DNA of 64,000 nucleotides from an uncultured Chloroflexia bacterium (lineage in GTDB: Bacteria > Chloroflexota > Limnocylindria > Limnocylindrales > CSP1-4). The stretch covers positions 32,238 through 96,237 of the forward strand of contig CAVVNQ010000016.1 in the NCBI GenBank assembly GCA_963749705.1, read 5' to 3'. How positions within the stretch are numbered: the first letter of the stretch is position 1; each line of letters begins with the position of its first letter. A model generated the notes under the pieces. It was not told the DNA's origin, searched no databases, and saw nothing but the letters and a program-made list of their open reading frames with translations. The translations under genes were made by a program, and so were the position numbers. Positions 49,735 through 59,750 of the stretch are shown here, piece after piece.

Positions 49735-50769
49735 GTGGATCCGAACGTCGTCCTCCCACTCCTGTCGTCCACGCTGAGCTTCGTGTTCGCGCTGTTCCTG
49801 CTCGACCAGTGGCTCGAGCGCCGCCGGTCGTACCAGCTGATCTGGACGCTGGGCATGGTCTGGTACGGCATCTCGGCGGGGACGGAGTTCGTGGGCGGTG
49901 CGTTCGGCTGGAGCGAGCCCCTGTACCGCGCCTGGTACCTGATCGGTGCCGTGTACGTGGCAGCGTGGCTGGGCCTGGGCACGATGTACCTCCTGGGCCG
50001 GACTCGCTTCGGCTACGGGGCCGCGTTCAGCGTGCTGCTGGCCGGGCTGTTCACGCTGCTGTCGCAGGCCAAGGCGGCCTATACCGACACCGGGATCCTG
50101 CCGGTCGCCGCGTTCGCGATCGCCATCCTGGGCGCCGTCCTGATCTCGGTCGAGACCTTCCGCGGGACCGGCCGATGGGCCTGGATCGCCGGGATCCTCG
50201 TGGCCGGTGGGTCGCTCGCCGCGGTCCCGATCGTGCTCACCGCGTCGATCCCGGCACCCGGGTATGCGCTGGATGCATCGGGCATCCCGGTCGGATCGCT
50301 GATGCCGGGCTCCGTCCGCCTGCTGACCCCGCTGTTCAACGTGACCGGCGGCTTCGCGCTCGCGCTGGGCGCGCTGTACAGCACCTACGTGTTCATGCCC
50401 AAGCGGCGAGCGATGCGCTACGACCTGACGCGCGCCCGTGGCACGATGTCGTTCGTCCGGAACCTGCTGATCGCGCCGGTCGCGATCACCGTGAACCTGG
50501 TCGTCTCGATCCCGGGCGCCGTCCTGGCGCTCGTGCGTGGGCAGCTTCACAGCCGGGTGCCGGCCACGATCCTGCTCGCGATCGGCGGCTTCATCCCGTC
50601 GCTCACCAGCGGCCTGTCGCGGTTCGGCGTGACCCAGACGTTCTTCCTGGGCGAGCTGCTGGGCGTCGTGTTCCTGTTCGCCGGCTTCCTGGTCTCGATC
50701 GAGGTGTTCCGCGAGATCCGGATCCCGTTCACGCACCGCGTGCTGCGCGTCCGTCAGGAGAGCGTCTAG
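49735..50769 (+). CDS. multi-pass membrane protein, function unknown
   Basis: About 9 hydrophobic segments; YRAWYLIGA..LGLGTMYLL. Confidence 0.85.
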   Translation: MDPNVVLPLLSSTLSFVFALFLLDQWLERRRSYQLIWTLGMVWYGISAGTEFVGGAFGWSEPLYRAWYLIGAVYVAAWLGLGTMYLLGRTRFGYGAAFSVLLAGLFTLLSQAKAAYTDTGILPVAAFAIAILGAVLISVETFRGTGRWAWIAGILVAGGSLAAVPIVLTASIPAPGYALDASGIPVGSLMPGSVRLLTPLFNVTGGFALALGALYSTYVFMPKRRAMRYDLTRARGTMSFVRNLLIAPVAITVNLVVSIPGAVLALVRGQLHSRVPATILLAIGGFIPSLTSGLSRFGVTQTFFLGELLGVVFLFAGFLVSIEVFREIRIPFTHRVLRVRQESV

Positions 50770-50802
50770 CACCCACCGCGCGGCCGGCGCCGGCGCGGGG
50801 GG

Positions 50803-50848
50803 CGGCCGGCACCGCCGTCGGCCGGCACCGCCGTCGGCCGGCACCGCC
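50803..50848. repeat. 16-bp tandem repeat CGGCCGGCACCGCCGT x2.9
   Basis: Visible just upstream of the promoter at 50854. Confidence 0.8.
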
Positions 50849-50853
50849 CGTGG

Positions 50854-51088
50854 TTGACCGCGCTCCCGCCACCGGGCTACAGTCCGCTTGCCCCCGGCAG
50901 CCTGCCTGCAGGTTCGGGGTGCCCACCGCCGCATCGAGGATTCCTCCCCCGTGGAGAACGGACCTAGTCGCGCCGGCGCCCGTGCCGGCACCCCCCTGGT
51001 CCACCCCGCCGACTGACGGCGCGGGCCGGCAGCGCTGCCGTGCCCCAGCCACCGAACGGCGGACGGACCCGCCCAGAAGGTGGCCACC
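50854..51088 (+). promoter_or_regulatory. sigma70 promoter (TTGACC-N18-TACAGT) and about 200-nt structured leader with uORF at 50951-51016
   Basis: Promoter elements, GAGGA SD, 21-codon ORF and complementary segments. Confidence 0.5.
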
Positions 51089-52507
51089 ATGCGCTTCCTC
51101 AGCCAGTGCATCGGCCTGCCGGTGCGCGATCCGAACGGCGAGCCGCTCGGCACCATCGCCGACCTGATCGTCGCGATCGGCGACCAGTACCCACCGGTGA
51201 CCGGGCTCGTGGTCCGCACCGACCGTCGCCAGATCTTCCTGCCCTGGGCCAACGTCGAGACGTTCGACGAAACCGGCGCACGGCTGCGCGTGCCCACGAT
51301 CGACATCGGGATCTTCAGCCAGCACCAGGACGAGATCCTGCTCAAGGCGGACCTGCTGGACAAGCAGATCGTGGACATCGAGGGGCGCAAGGTGATCCGC
51401 GTCAACGACGTCCGGCTGGACCAGGTCGACGGCCAGCTGCATGTCGTGGCCGTCGATGTCGGGGCGGCCGGCCTGCTCCGGCGGCTGGGCATGGAGGGGG
51501 CATTCCGGACGCTCGCGAGAAACCTCAACCTGGGCGTGCCCGAGCGCTACATCGACTGGGAGGACGTCGACCCGCTGGAGAGCACGATCGCCAGCATCCG
51601 GCTTCGCGTGCCCCACGCGAAGCTCGCGGAGCTCCACCCGGCCGACCTCGCGGCGATCATCGACCAGCTCGCCCCGCGCGACCGGCTGGGCGTGCTCGCC
51701 TCGCTGGACGACGAGGCGCTGGCCGACGTGGTCGAGGAGATGGAGCCCGACACCCAGGTCGACGTCCTCGAGGACCTCACCCCGGAGCGGGCGGCCGACA
51801 TCCTCGAGGAGATGAGCCCAGACGACGCGGCCGACCTCGTCGCCGACCTGTCCGACCGGAGCCGCGACGAGATCCTGGCGCTGATGGAGTCCGACGAGGC
51901 CGACGAGGTGCGGGACCTGCTCGCCTTCCCGGAGGATTCGGCCGGCGGCCTCATGACCACCGAGTTCGTCGCCGTCAAGGCGACGCTCACCGCCGCGGAC
52001 ACGATCGAGCGCCTGCGCGAGCTCGAGCCCGATGCCGAGACCATCTACTACGTCTATGTCACCGATGACGACGACCGGCTGGTGGGGGTCCTGTCGCTGC
52101 GCGACCTGATCGTCGCCCGACCCGACGCCCCGATCGCCGAGGTCATGATCGATGAGCCGGTGGCGACGGGTGCGCTCGAGCCCGCCGAGTCGGTCGCAGA
52201 GACGATCGCGCACTACAACCTGCTGGCCGTGCCAGTGGTGGACGACGAGGGCCGGCTGGTCGGGATCGTGACCGTGGACGACGCCTTCGACACCGTTGCG
52301 CCGGCCGTGTGGCGCCACCGGCTGCCTCGCGTGTTCGCGCGAGCCGAGCGCGACGCCGAGCGTGCTGCGGAGCGCGCCGGCGAGCCGATGGCCGCCGCGG
52401 GCGCGACCGACAGGGCGCCCGATGGTGGACCCGACGGGGCGTCCGACAAGGCGCACGACAAGGCGCCCGACGAGGCACCCGCGGGGCGTGAGGAACCGCG
52501 CGGATGA
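51089..52507 (+). CDS. MgtE intracellular-domain protein (PRC-like + MgtE_N + CBS pair), no TM domain
   Basis: LHPADLA, LEEMSPDDAAD, AGGLMTTEF, YNLLAVPVVD..IVTVDD; no hydrophobic C-terminus. Confidence 0.9.
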   Translation: MRFLSQCIGLPVRDPNGEPLGTIADLIVAIGDQYPPVTGLVVRTDRRQIFLPWANVETFDETGARLRVPTIDIGIFSQHQDEILLKADLLDKQIVDIEGRKVIRVNDVRLDQVDGQLHVVAVDVGAAGLLRRLGMEGAFRTLARNLNLGVPERYIDWEDVDPLESTIASIRLRVPHAKLAELHPADLAAIIDQLAPRDRLGVLASLDDEALADVVEEMEPDTQVDVLEDLTPERAADILEEMSPDDAADLVADLSDRSRDEILALMESDEADEVRDLLAFPEDSAGGLMTTEFVAVKATLTAADTIERLRELEPDAETIYYVYVTDDDDRLVGVLSLRDLIVARPDAPIAEVMIDEPVATGALEPAESVAETIAHYNLLAVPVVDDEGRLVGIVTVDDAFDTVAPAVWRHRLPRVFARAERDAERAAERAGEPMAAAGATDRAPDGGPDGASDKAHDKAPDEAPAGREEPRG

Positions 52508-53853
52508 CCATCGGTCGAGGGCTGCGCGACGCCGTCATCGCGGAGCGGGGCCGCCTGGCCTCGCGGCTGACGCACATGCCGGTGCCCCGGCTGCGGGGCC
52601 GCTTCCGGCGGCGCGGGCTGCTCGCGTTCCTGGCCGTGATGGGCCCGGGGATCATCGCCGGGGTGGCGGGCAACGACGCCGGCGGGCTCACCACGTACTC
52701 GGTCATGGGCGCCCAGACGGGCCTCCAGCTGCTGTGGCTGTTCCCGATCACGATCGTCATCCTCGCGATCGTCCAGGAGATGGTCGCGCGGCTTGGCGTG
52801 GTCACCGGGCAGGGCCTGTCCGACCTGATCCGGGAGCGGTTCGGCGTCCGCTGGACGGTGTTCGCGATGGCCGTCCTGCTGGTGGCCAACGTGGCCAACA
52901 CGATCGCGAACATGGCCGGCGCCGGCGCGGCCCTCGACATCTTCGGCGTCCCGAAGCTGGTCACCGTCCCGATCGTCGCGATCGCGATCTGGAGCCTGGT
53001 GCTGTTCGCCAGCTACCGGATCGTGGAGCGCGTGTTCCTGGCCGTGATGCTGGTGTTCCTGGCCTACCCGATCGCGGCGGTCATGGCGACGCCGGACTGG
53101 ACCCCGGTCCTCCGCTCGTTCGTGACGCCGACGATGGACTTCAGCCCCAGCGTGCTGCTGCTGATGGTCGCGGTGGTCGGCACGACGATCACGCCGTACA
53201 TGCAGTTCTACCTCCAGTCCGCGGTTGCCGAGAAGGGCATCGGCGAGGAGGAGCTGCGCCTGGAGCAGGCGGACGCGGTGCTCGGCTCGGTGTGGACCAA
53301 TGCGATCGCCGCGTTCATCGTCGTCGCCACGGCCGCCGCGGTCGGCATCTCGGGCGGCGCGGTGATCTCGTCCGCGACCGACGCGGCGCACGCCCTCGAG
53401 CCGGTCGCCGGCGCCTCGGCCGAGCTGCTGTTCGGGATCGGGCTGTTCGGGGCGTCCGTGCTGGCGGCCACGATCATGCCCATCTCCACCGCGTTCGTGA
53501 TCTGCGAGGCGTTCGGCTGGGAGAGCGGGGTCGGCAAGCGCTTCTCCGACGCACCGATCTTCTTCGGCATCTACACCTTCGTCCTGGCGCTCGGCGCCCT
53601 CGTCGTGCTGGCCGTCCCCGACGGGGCGCTGGTCCCGATCATCGTCGGCAGCCAGAACCTCCAGGGGCTGCTGCTGCCGGTGGTGCTGGTGTTCCTGGTG
53701 CTGCTGGTGAACGACCGGCGGCTCATGGGCTCGCACGCGAACCGCCGGGGAGGCAACGTCCTCGCCTGGGGCGCGGTGGCGATCGTGGTCGTGCTCAATG
53801 CCCTGATGCTCGCGGTGACGGCGCTGGGCGCCGTGGGCATCTCGATCGGCTGA
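52504..53853 (+). CDS. Nramp-related divalent metal (Mg2+) transporter
   Basis: MGPGIIAGVAGNDAGG, QEMVARLG, GTTITPYM. Confidence 0.92.
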   Translation: MTIGRGLRDAVIAERGRLASRLTHMPVPRLRGRFRRRGLLAFLAVMGPGIIAGVAGNDAGGLTTYSVMGAQTGLQLLWLFPITIVILAIVQEMVARLGVVTGQGLSDLIRERFGVRWTVFAMAVLLVANVANTIANMAGAGAALDIFGVPKLVTVPIVAIAIWSLVLFASYRIVERVFLAVMLVFLAYPIAAVMATPDWTPVLRSFVTPTMDFSPSVLLLMVAVVGTTITPYMQFYLQSAVAEKGIGEEELRLEQADAVLGSVWTNAIAAFIVVATAAAVGISGGAVISSATDAAHALEPVAGASAELLFGIGLFGASVLAATIMPISTAFVICEAFGWESGVGKRFSDAPIFFGIYTFVLALGALVVLAVPDGALVPIIVGSQNLQGLLLPVVLVFLVLLVNDRRLMGSHANRRGGNVLAWGAVAIVVVLNALMLAVTALGAVGISIG

Positions 53854-53938
53854 CGGCCACGCCCCGGGCCGCCACCGCGTGCTTGACAACCCGATGATCG
53901 TTACCTCGCGACCACCTCGTCATACCCGGGAGCCCGCC

Positions 53939-54325
53939 ATGACCGACACGACGTTCGGCCTGTCCACGATCGGACAGATCCTTGTCCCCGTCCGTGACCT
54001 GGAGCGCGCCATGGCCTTCTACCGCGACGCGCTGGGCATGCGGTTCCTGTACCAGTTCCCGGGGATGGCCTTCTTCGATGCGGACGGCATCCGGCTGTAC
54101 CTGTCCGAGCCTGAGACGCCCGACTTCGACGGGCGGCTGACCGTCTACTTCCGGGTGGCCGACATCGAGACCGCGGTGGGCGCGCTCGAGGGCCGCGGGG
54201 TCACCTTCGCCGACCGTCCGCACGTCGTCCATCGCGACGGATCGGGCGAGCTCTGGATGTGCGCCACCCGGGACCCGGACGGCAACAACGTCGTGCTGAT
54301 GAGCGAGGTCCCGATCGGGACATAG
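53939..54325 (+). CDS. VOC/glyoxalase family protein
   Basis: VRDLERAMAFYRDALG..RDPDGN. Confidence 0.92.
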   Translation: MTDTTFGLSTIGQILVPVRDLERAMAFYRDALGMRFLYQFPGMAFFDADGIRLYLSEPETPDFDGRLTVYFRVADIETAVGALEGRGVTFADRPHVVHRDGSGELWMCATRDPDGNNVVLMSEVPIGT

Positions 54326-54451
54326 CCACCGTGGGGATGCGGTGACCTGTTGATCGATGGTCCGGAGCGCGCCATCCCGAACCGGCGCGCCGGGTCCGCG
54401 ATGTGCGGGCTGCCGCACCCGCCAAACCGCCCGCGCCGCGCTGACCCCGGG

Positions 54452-55762
54452 TCAGCCGGCGATCGACCGCCGACGCGCCTCCTCGCGACGTCCCTCGAGG
54501 AACGCCCGTTCGGGCGCGTTCGGTCCCAGGGCGAGGGCGCGCTCGTACGCTGCCAGGGCCTCCGGCCAGCGATCCAGCCGTCGCAGCAGGTCCGCGCGAG
54601 CGGCGTGGAAGAACCGGTAGTCACCCAGCATCGGATCCCCGCCTGCCGCGTCGATCGCCGCCAGCCCGGCGCCAGGACCCGCGACCATCGCCAGCGCAAC
54701 CGCCCGGTTGAGGTCGACCACCGGCGACGGCGCGATCCGTGCCAGGACGTGGTACAGGCCCAGGATCTGCACCCAGTCGGTCTCGTCCGCGGTGCGCGCC
54801 TCGTCGTGGACCGCCGCGATGGCGGCCTGCAGCTGGTACGGGCCCACGCGCCCGGTACGCAGCGTCAGCTCCACGAGCGAGCGCCCCTCGTCGATCCGCT
54901 CGGCGTCCCACAGACCACGGTCCTGATCCTCGAGCCGGACCAGCTCGCCGCCCGGACCGGTGCGGGCCGGATGCCGGGCGTCGGTGAGCAGCATCAGCGC
55001 CAGCAGGCCCTGGACCTCGGGCTCGTCGGGCAGCAGATGCGCGACGACGCGCGTGAGCCGGATCGCCTCGGCGCACAGCTCGCCCCGGATCAGGGCCTCG
55101 CCCGCGCTGGCGTCGTAGCCCTCGTTGAACACGAGGTACAGGACGCGCAGCACCGGTTCCAGGCGTTCGGCGAGGCGGTCGGCCGCGGGGACCTCGTACC
55201 GGATCCCGGCGTCACGGATCTTCCGCTTGGCCCGGACGAGCCGCTGGGCCATGGTCGGCTCGGGGACGAGGAACGCCCGGGCGATCTCGGGCGTCGACAG
55301 CCCGCCCAGCGTCCGCAGCGTCAACGCGATGCTCGCCTCCGGGGCCAGCGCCGGATGGCAGCAGGTGAAGATGAGGCGGAGCTGGTCATCGGGGATCGGG
55401 CTCACCTCGTCCTCCGCCGCCGCACTGAGCGCGCCGCTGCGCCGCTGCGCATCGAGGTCCGCGGTACGCGCGATGAGCCCGAGCTTGCCGGCGAACCGGC
55501 GGTCGCGCCGGATGCGGTCGATGGCGCGGTTGCGCGCCGTCGTGGTGATCCACGCCCCGGGGTTCGACGGCGCGCCATCGACCGGCCAGCGCTCGAGCGC
55601 GACGAGGTAGGCATCGGACACCGCCTCCTCCGCGAGGTCGAAGTCACCGAGCACTCGGATCAGCGTCGCCAGCGCGCGGCCGTGCTCCTCGCGAAACGTG
55701 CGCTCGATGATGTCGGCCGCGCCGGCCGCGGGCTCACGGGGTGCGTCGGGCGCGGCCGTCAT
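54452..55762 (-). CDS. ECF42-type sigma factor with C-terminal TPR/DUF6596 extension
   Basis: [45 protein letters not shown]. Confidence 0.93.
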   Translation of the reverse strand: MTAAPDAPREPAAGAADIIERTFREEHGRALATLIRVLGDFDLAEEAVSDAYLVALERWPVDGAPSNPGAWITTTARNRAIDRIRRDRRFAGKLGLIARTADLDAQRRSGALSAAAEDEVSPIPDDQLRLIFTCCHPALAPEASIALTLRTLGGLSTPEIARAFLVPEPTMAQRLVRAKRKIRDAGIRYEVPAADRLAERLEPVLRVLYLVFNEGYDASAGEALIRGELCAEAIRLTRVVAHLLPDEPEVQGLLALMLLTDARHPARTGPGGELVRLEDQDRGLWDAERIDEGRSLVELTLRTGRVGPYQLQAAIAAVHDEARTADETDWVQILGLYHVLARIAPSPVVDLNRAVALAMVAGPGAGLAAIDAAGGDPMLGDYRFFHAARADLLRRLDRWPEALAAYERALALGPNAPERAFLEGRREEARRRSIAG

Positions 55763-55790
55763 CGTCAGCCAGGCTCGTGTCGGCGCGGCG

Positions 55791-56135
55791 TCAGGTCGGG
55801 ATGATCGGCCGGACCTCGATCTTGCCCCACCGCGCGCCGGGGATCCGTGCCGCCGCCTCGATCGCCGCATCCAGGTCCGGCGCCTCGATCTGGTAGAAGC
55901 CGCCCAGCTGCTCCTTGGTCTCGGCGAACGGCCCGTCGGTCACGATCCGGCGTCCATCGCGAACCGAGACGGTGGTCGCGTCGGTCACCGGCTGGAGCGC
56001 CTCGCCCGCGATGAACTCGCCCTTCTCGCGCAGCCAGTCGGTGTACGCGTTGTACTCCGTCATCGTCGCGTTCCACTCGTCCTGGGTCGGCTCGGTCGTC
56101 GACGGCTCCCCATAGATCAAGAGCAGGTATTGCAC
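55791..56135 (-). CDS. YciI/DGPF family protein
   Basis: [15 protein letters not shown]. Confidence 0.93.
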   Translation of the reverse strand: MQYLLLIYGEPSTTEPTQDEWNATMTEYNAYTDWLREKGEFIAGEALQPVTDATTVSVRDGRRIVTDGPFAETKEQLGGFYQIEAPDLDAAIEAAARIPGARWGKIEVRPIIPT

Positions 56136-56227
56136 CGTTCGTCTCCTCGCCCCTCGCCGGGTCGGTGGGTCCGTGCCGGGTCGGTGGGTCAGTGCCGGGA
56201 CAGTCCGTCCGCCCCGTGCATCCTAGC

Positions 56228-56254
56228 GACGAACGCAAGGCGGGCAAATCGACA
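56228..56254 (-). promoter_or_regulatory. ECF42-type promoter TGTCGA-N17-CGTC
   Basis: Upstream of the DGPF-ECF42 operon; matches the known ECF42 motif. Confidence 0.65.
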
Positions 56255-56337
56255 CCGGCGAATCGAGACACGGCGAGTCGACACGGCCGCGCAGCGCGCC
56301 ACGATCGCCGCTTGCGCCGCGCCACTAGCATCTGCGC

Positions 56338-57799
56338 ATGCCCGCCCGGAAGGAGATCCTCGACATCGGCGGCCGCGAGGTCGCGGTCAGCAACCCCGAC
56401 AAGGTCTACTTCCCCCAGCCCGGCTACACCAAGCTGGACCTGGTCCGCTACTTCCTGGCCGTCGCTGACGGCGCGCTGGCAGGTGTCCGCGGGCGGCCGA
56501 TGGCGCTCAAGCGGTTCGTGGACGGGATCGACAAGGAGCCGTTCTTCCAGAAGCGCGCGCCCCAGAACCACCCCGACTGGATGCGGGTCGCGACCCTGAC
56601 CTTCCCTTCGGGCCGGACGGCGGACGAGATCGTGGTCGACGAGGCCGCGGGCCTGGCCTGGGTCGCCAACCTCGGCTGCATCGACCTCAACCCGCACCCC
56701 GTCCGCGCCGAGGACCTGGACCATCCCGACGAGCTCCGCGTGGACCTGGACCCGGTTCCCGGCGTGCCGTGGTCGCAGATCCGCGAGGTCGCGATGGTCT
56801 GCCGCGAGGCGCTCGATGCCGTCGGCCTGGTCGGCTGGCCCAAGACGTCCGGCTCGCGCGGGATCCACATCAACGTCCGGATCGAGCCGCGCTGGACGTA
56901 CCCGCAGGTCCGGCGAGCCGCGCTGGCGCTGGCCCGCGACGTGGAGCAGCGGGCGCCCTCGATCGCGACCTCGAAGTGGTGGAAGGAGGAGCGCCACGGC
57001 GTGTTCCTCGACTACAACCAGAACGCGAAGGACCGGACGGTCGCCTCGGCGTACTCGGTCCGGCCGCTGCCCGATGCCCGGGTCTCGTTCCCGCTGCGCT
57101 GGGAGGATGTCCCGGACGTGGTCGCCGAGGACTTCACGCTGGCCACGGTGCCGGGGTTGTACGCGGAGCGCGGTGACGCGGGCGCCGGGATCGATGGTGC
57201 CGTCGGCTCGCTCGACGCGCTGCTGGAGCTGAGCGCCCGCCACGAGGCCGAGGGCCTGGGCGACGCTCCGTGGCCGCCCGAACTACGCGAAGCAGGAGGG
57301 CGAGCCCCCGCGCGTCCAGCCGTCGCGCAAGCGCCGTCCCGACGCCGAGTACCGGGGGCGGGGCCGAGAGGGCGGTCCGCCGCCCGAGGTTGCCGCCGAG
57401 CGGGCCGCCGCCGTGGCCGCGGGCGACCCGAACGCGGGCCTGCCGACCGAGTGGGAGGGCACCCGTCCGACGCCGACCGGCCGGCGGCGATCGAGCATCC
57501 CGGTCATCGAGATCGCTCGCGCCGCCACCAAGGCCGAGGTCAACGAGGGGCTCGAGCGCTGGAAGGCCCGGCATCCGGAGGTGGTCGAGCACCTGGAGCC
57601 CGCCGACATCCTCACCGACGGCATGCGCGGCCGGGCGTATGTCTGGTACCGGCTGCGGGTGAACCTGATCCACGTGCCCGAGGACATCCGCCCGCCGCAG
57701 GAGCCGCTGGACCCCGACTACGACCCGTGGGAGGGCTACGAGTGGCCGGATCGGGCCGGACAGCCGGAGCGGGCACCGCGCAGGAAGGCTCGGCAATGA
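56338..57799 (+). pseudogene. LigD-type primase-polymerase (PolD2/Rv0269c-like), +1 frameshift at about 57278 (possible sequencing error)
   Basis: FFQKRAP, DELRVDLDP, KTSGSRGIH, DYNQN; removing one C restores PWPPNYAKQEGEPPRVQPSR and the C-terminal IEIARA..ERWKARHP..DYDPW extension. Confidence 0.88.
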
Positions 57800-57874
57800 G
57801 ACGGCGCCATCGCTGCGGGTCCGGGCGCCGGCTGGAGCGTGCCGTTGGGGGGCGCCCGACGTAGCATCTGGCCC

Positions 57875-59071
57875 GTGGGGAGTCCGCGTGCGCATCGGGT
57901 CATCGTCGGCATCGGGGTGACCGCCATCGTGCTCGTGGCCGTCGCCCTGTCCGGGTCCGTCGCCCTCGGGCCTTCGGCGACGCCGACGGCGCCCGCCGGC
58001 GCCGGGATCGACCTCTCGCCCCGGGTCGCGCCGCGACCCCCCGGTGGTGACGGAGCCCTGATCGGCGACATCCCCTCCGCGTCACGGGCCAACGCCCGGG
58101 TGGAGCTCTCCGCGCACGCGACACCCGGCGGACCGGCCCTGGAACTCCCCGGCGGAACGCTGGGGATCACACCTGGCCAGGACCTCGCGATCCTCGGCGA
58201 TCCGGTCGCCGTCGACGGCACGCCGTGGCTGCGGGTCTATCTGCTCCCGAACGCCACCGGCGGTCAGACCGACTTCTTCACCTGGGTCCCGGCCAGCAAC
58301 GACGGCCAGGACACGATCCGCCGGCCGATGCCGCTCGGCTGTCCGCCAACGCGCGACAACCTCTCCACGATCGCGGCGCTCGATCCATTCACGCGCGCCC
58401 GCTGCCTTGGCGCGGCGTCGTTCACGGTGGAAGCCCGCACCTGGTGGGCGGACCTCCCGGTCTGGTACGACGTCGAGCCCGTCTGGCTGGGGCCGTGGCG
58501 ACAGGGGACGACGTCGTTCTCGCTCCATGGCCCGGCCGGAGCCGCAGTGGACGTGCGCGTCCCGCCGGGCCTGGAGCCGCCGCCACCCGACATCACCGTG
58601 CGGGTTGACCTCCACGTCGCCGATCCGGCCGCCGCGTCGTGCACCCGCAGCAACGGCGATCTGGACGTCCCCGCCGAGGCCGGCGCTGACTCGCGCCTGT
58701 GGTGCAGCATGCAGCTCGTCGCCGATCGCTGGCAGCCGATGCTCGGGCCGGAAGGCCGGCCGTTCGACGTGGCCGATCCGCAGCTGCACCGTACGCAGCC
58801 GAGCAGCGCGTGTGCCGGCGTCGGCTCCGGGCCGCTGACCTTCCACACCGATCCGAGCGCGCTCGACCCGGTGTGGCTGGAACCCGCCGGCGGTGGGCAT
58901 CCGATCCTCGTCTGGTTCGGGCGGGCGTTCCGCGTCGCGTTCATGCCCGATCTGGTCGTCGTCGATGATGCGGGTCGGGTGGTCGCCCGCGACGGCCTGA
59001 CGATCGATCCCGATGTCGCGCTGGCCGGGCATTTCATCTGCCAGACCATCGTCGGTGTCCACGTGAGCTGA
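57875..59071 (+). CDS. membrane-anchored/secreted Cys-containing hypothetical protein
   Basis: N-terminal TM; several Cys; start 57839 or leaderless GTG 57875. Confidence 0.72.
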   Translation: MGSPRAHRVIVGIGVTAIVLVAVALSGSVALGPSATPTAPAGAGIDLSPRVAPRPPGGDGALIGDIPSASRANARVELSAHATPGGPALELPGGTLGITPGQDLAILGDPVAVDGTPWLRVYLLPNATGGQTDFFTWVPASNDGQDTIRRPMPLGCPPTRDNLSTIAALDPFTRARCLGAASFTVEARTWWADLPVWYDVEPVWLGPWRQGTTSFSLHGPAGAAVDVRVPPGLEPPPPDITVRVDLHVADPAAASCTRSNGDLDVPAEAGADSRLWCSMQLVADRWQPMLGPEGRPFDVADPQLHRTQPSSACAGVGSGPLTFHTDPSALDPVWLEPAGGGHPILVWFGRAFRVAFMPDLVVVDDAGRVVARDGLTIDPDVALAGHFICQTIVGVHVS

Positions 59072-59126
59072 CGCCGGTGCGCGACCCCGGGCACCGATGC
59101 GGAGAATCGGGCGACGTTGGAGACCG

Positions 59127-59750
59127 TCAGGCGTCGGTGTCCGGCGCCAGCCATCCCTTGTCGGACGCGATCCGCGCCGCCTCGGCCCGATTGCGGGCCC
59201 CGGTCTTCTGGATCGCGGCGGAAAGGTGGTTGCGGACCGTCCCCTCCGACAGGCCGAGCCGGCCGGCGATGTCGGCCACGGTGCCATTGGTCGCCGACAG
59301 CGCCAGCACCTCGCGCTCCCGCTCGGACAGCGGGTTGGCGCCCTCGCTGAGCGCGGCCAGCGCGAGCGCCGGATCCACGACCCGCTGGCCGCGCGCCACC
59401 CGGCGCACCGCATCGGCGAGGTCCGCCGCCGGTGCGTCCTTGAGCAGGAACCCGGACGCGCCGGCCTCCATCGCGCGCCGCAGGTAGCCGGGTCGGCCGA
59501 ACGTCGTCAGCATCACCACCCGGCAACCGGGCACGGCCGCGCGCAGCTGGGCCGCGGCGGACAGGCCGTCGATGCCGGGCAGCTCGATGTCGAGCAGCGC
59601 CACGTCGGGCCGGGCCGCGAGGGCGGCCGGCACGATCTCGTCGCCGCGACCCACCTCGGCCACCACCTCGAGGTCGCGCTCCATCGCGAGCAGCGCGGCC
59701 AGGGCGCCCCGGACCATCGCCTGGTCCTCGGCCAGCAGGATCCGGGTCAC
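59127..59750 (-). CDS. NarL/DesR-like response regulator
   Basis: LAEDQAMVRGAL, LTTFGRPGY, LSEGTVRNHLS. Confidence 0.95.
   Translation of the reverse strand: MTRILLAEDQAMVRGALAALLAMERDLEVVAEVGRGDEIVPAALAARPDVALLDIELPGIDGLSAAAQLRAAVPGCRVVMLTTFGRPGYLRRAMEAGASGFLLKDAPAADLADAVRRVARGQRVVDPALALAALSEGANPLSEREREVLALSATNGTVADIAGRLGLSEGTVRNHLSAAIQKTGARNRAEAARIASDKGWLAPDTDA

Noticed and set aside
49339-50848. CRISPR array
   Set aside because: Only 2-3 tandem copies, no unique spacers, no cas genes
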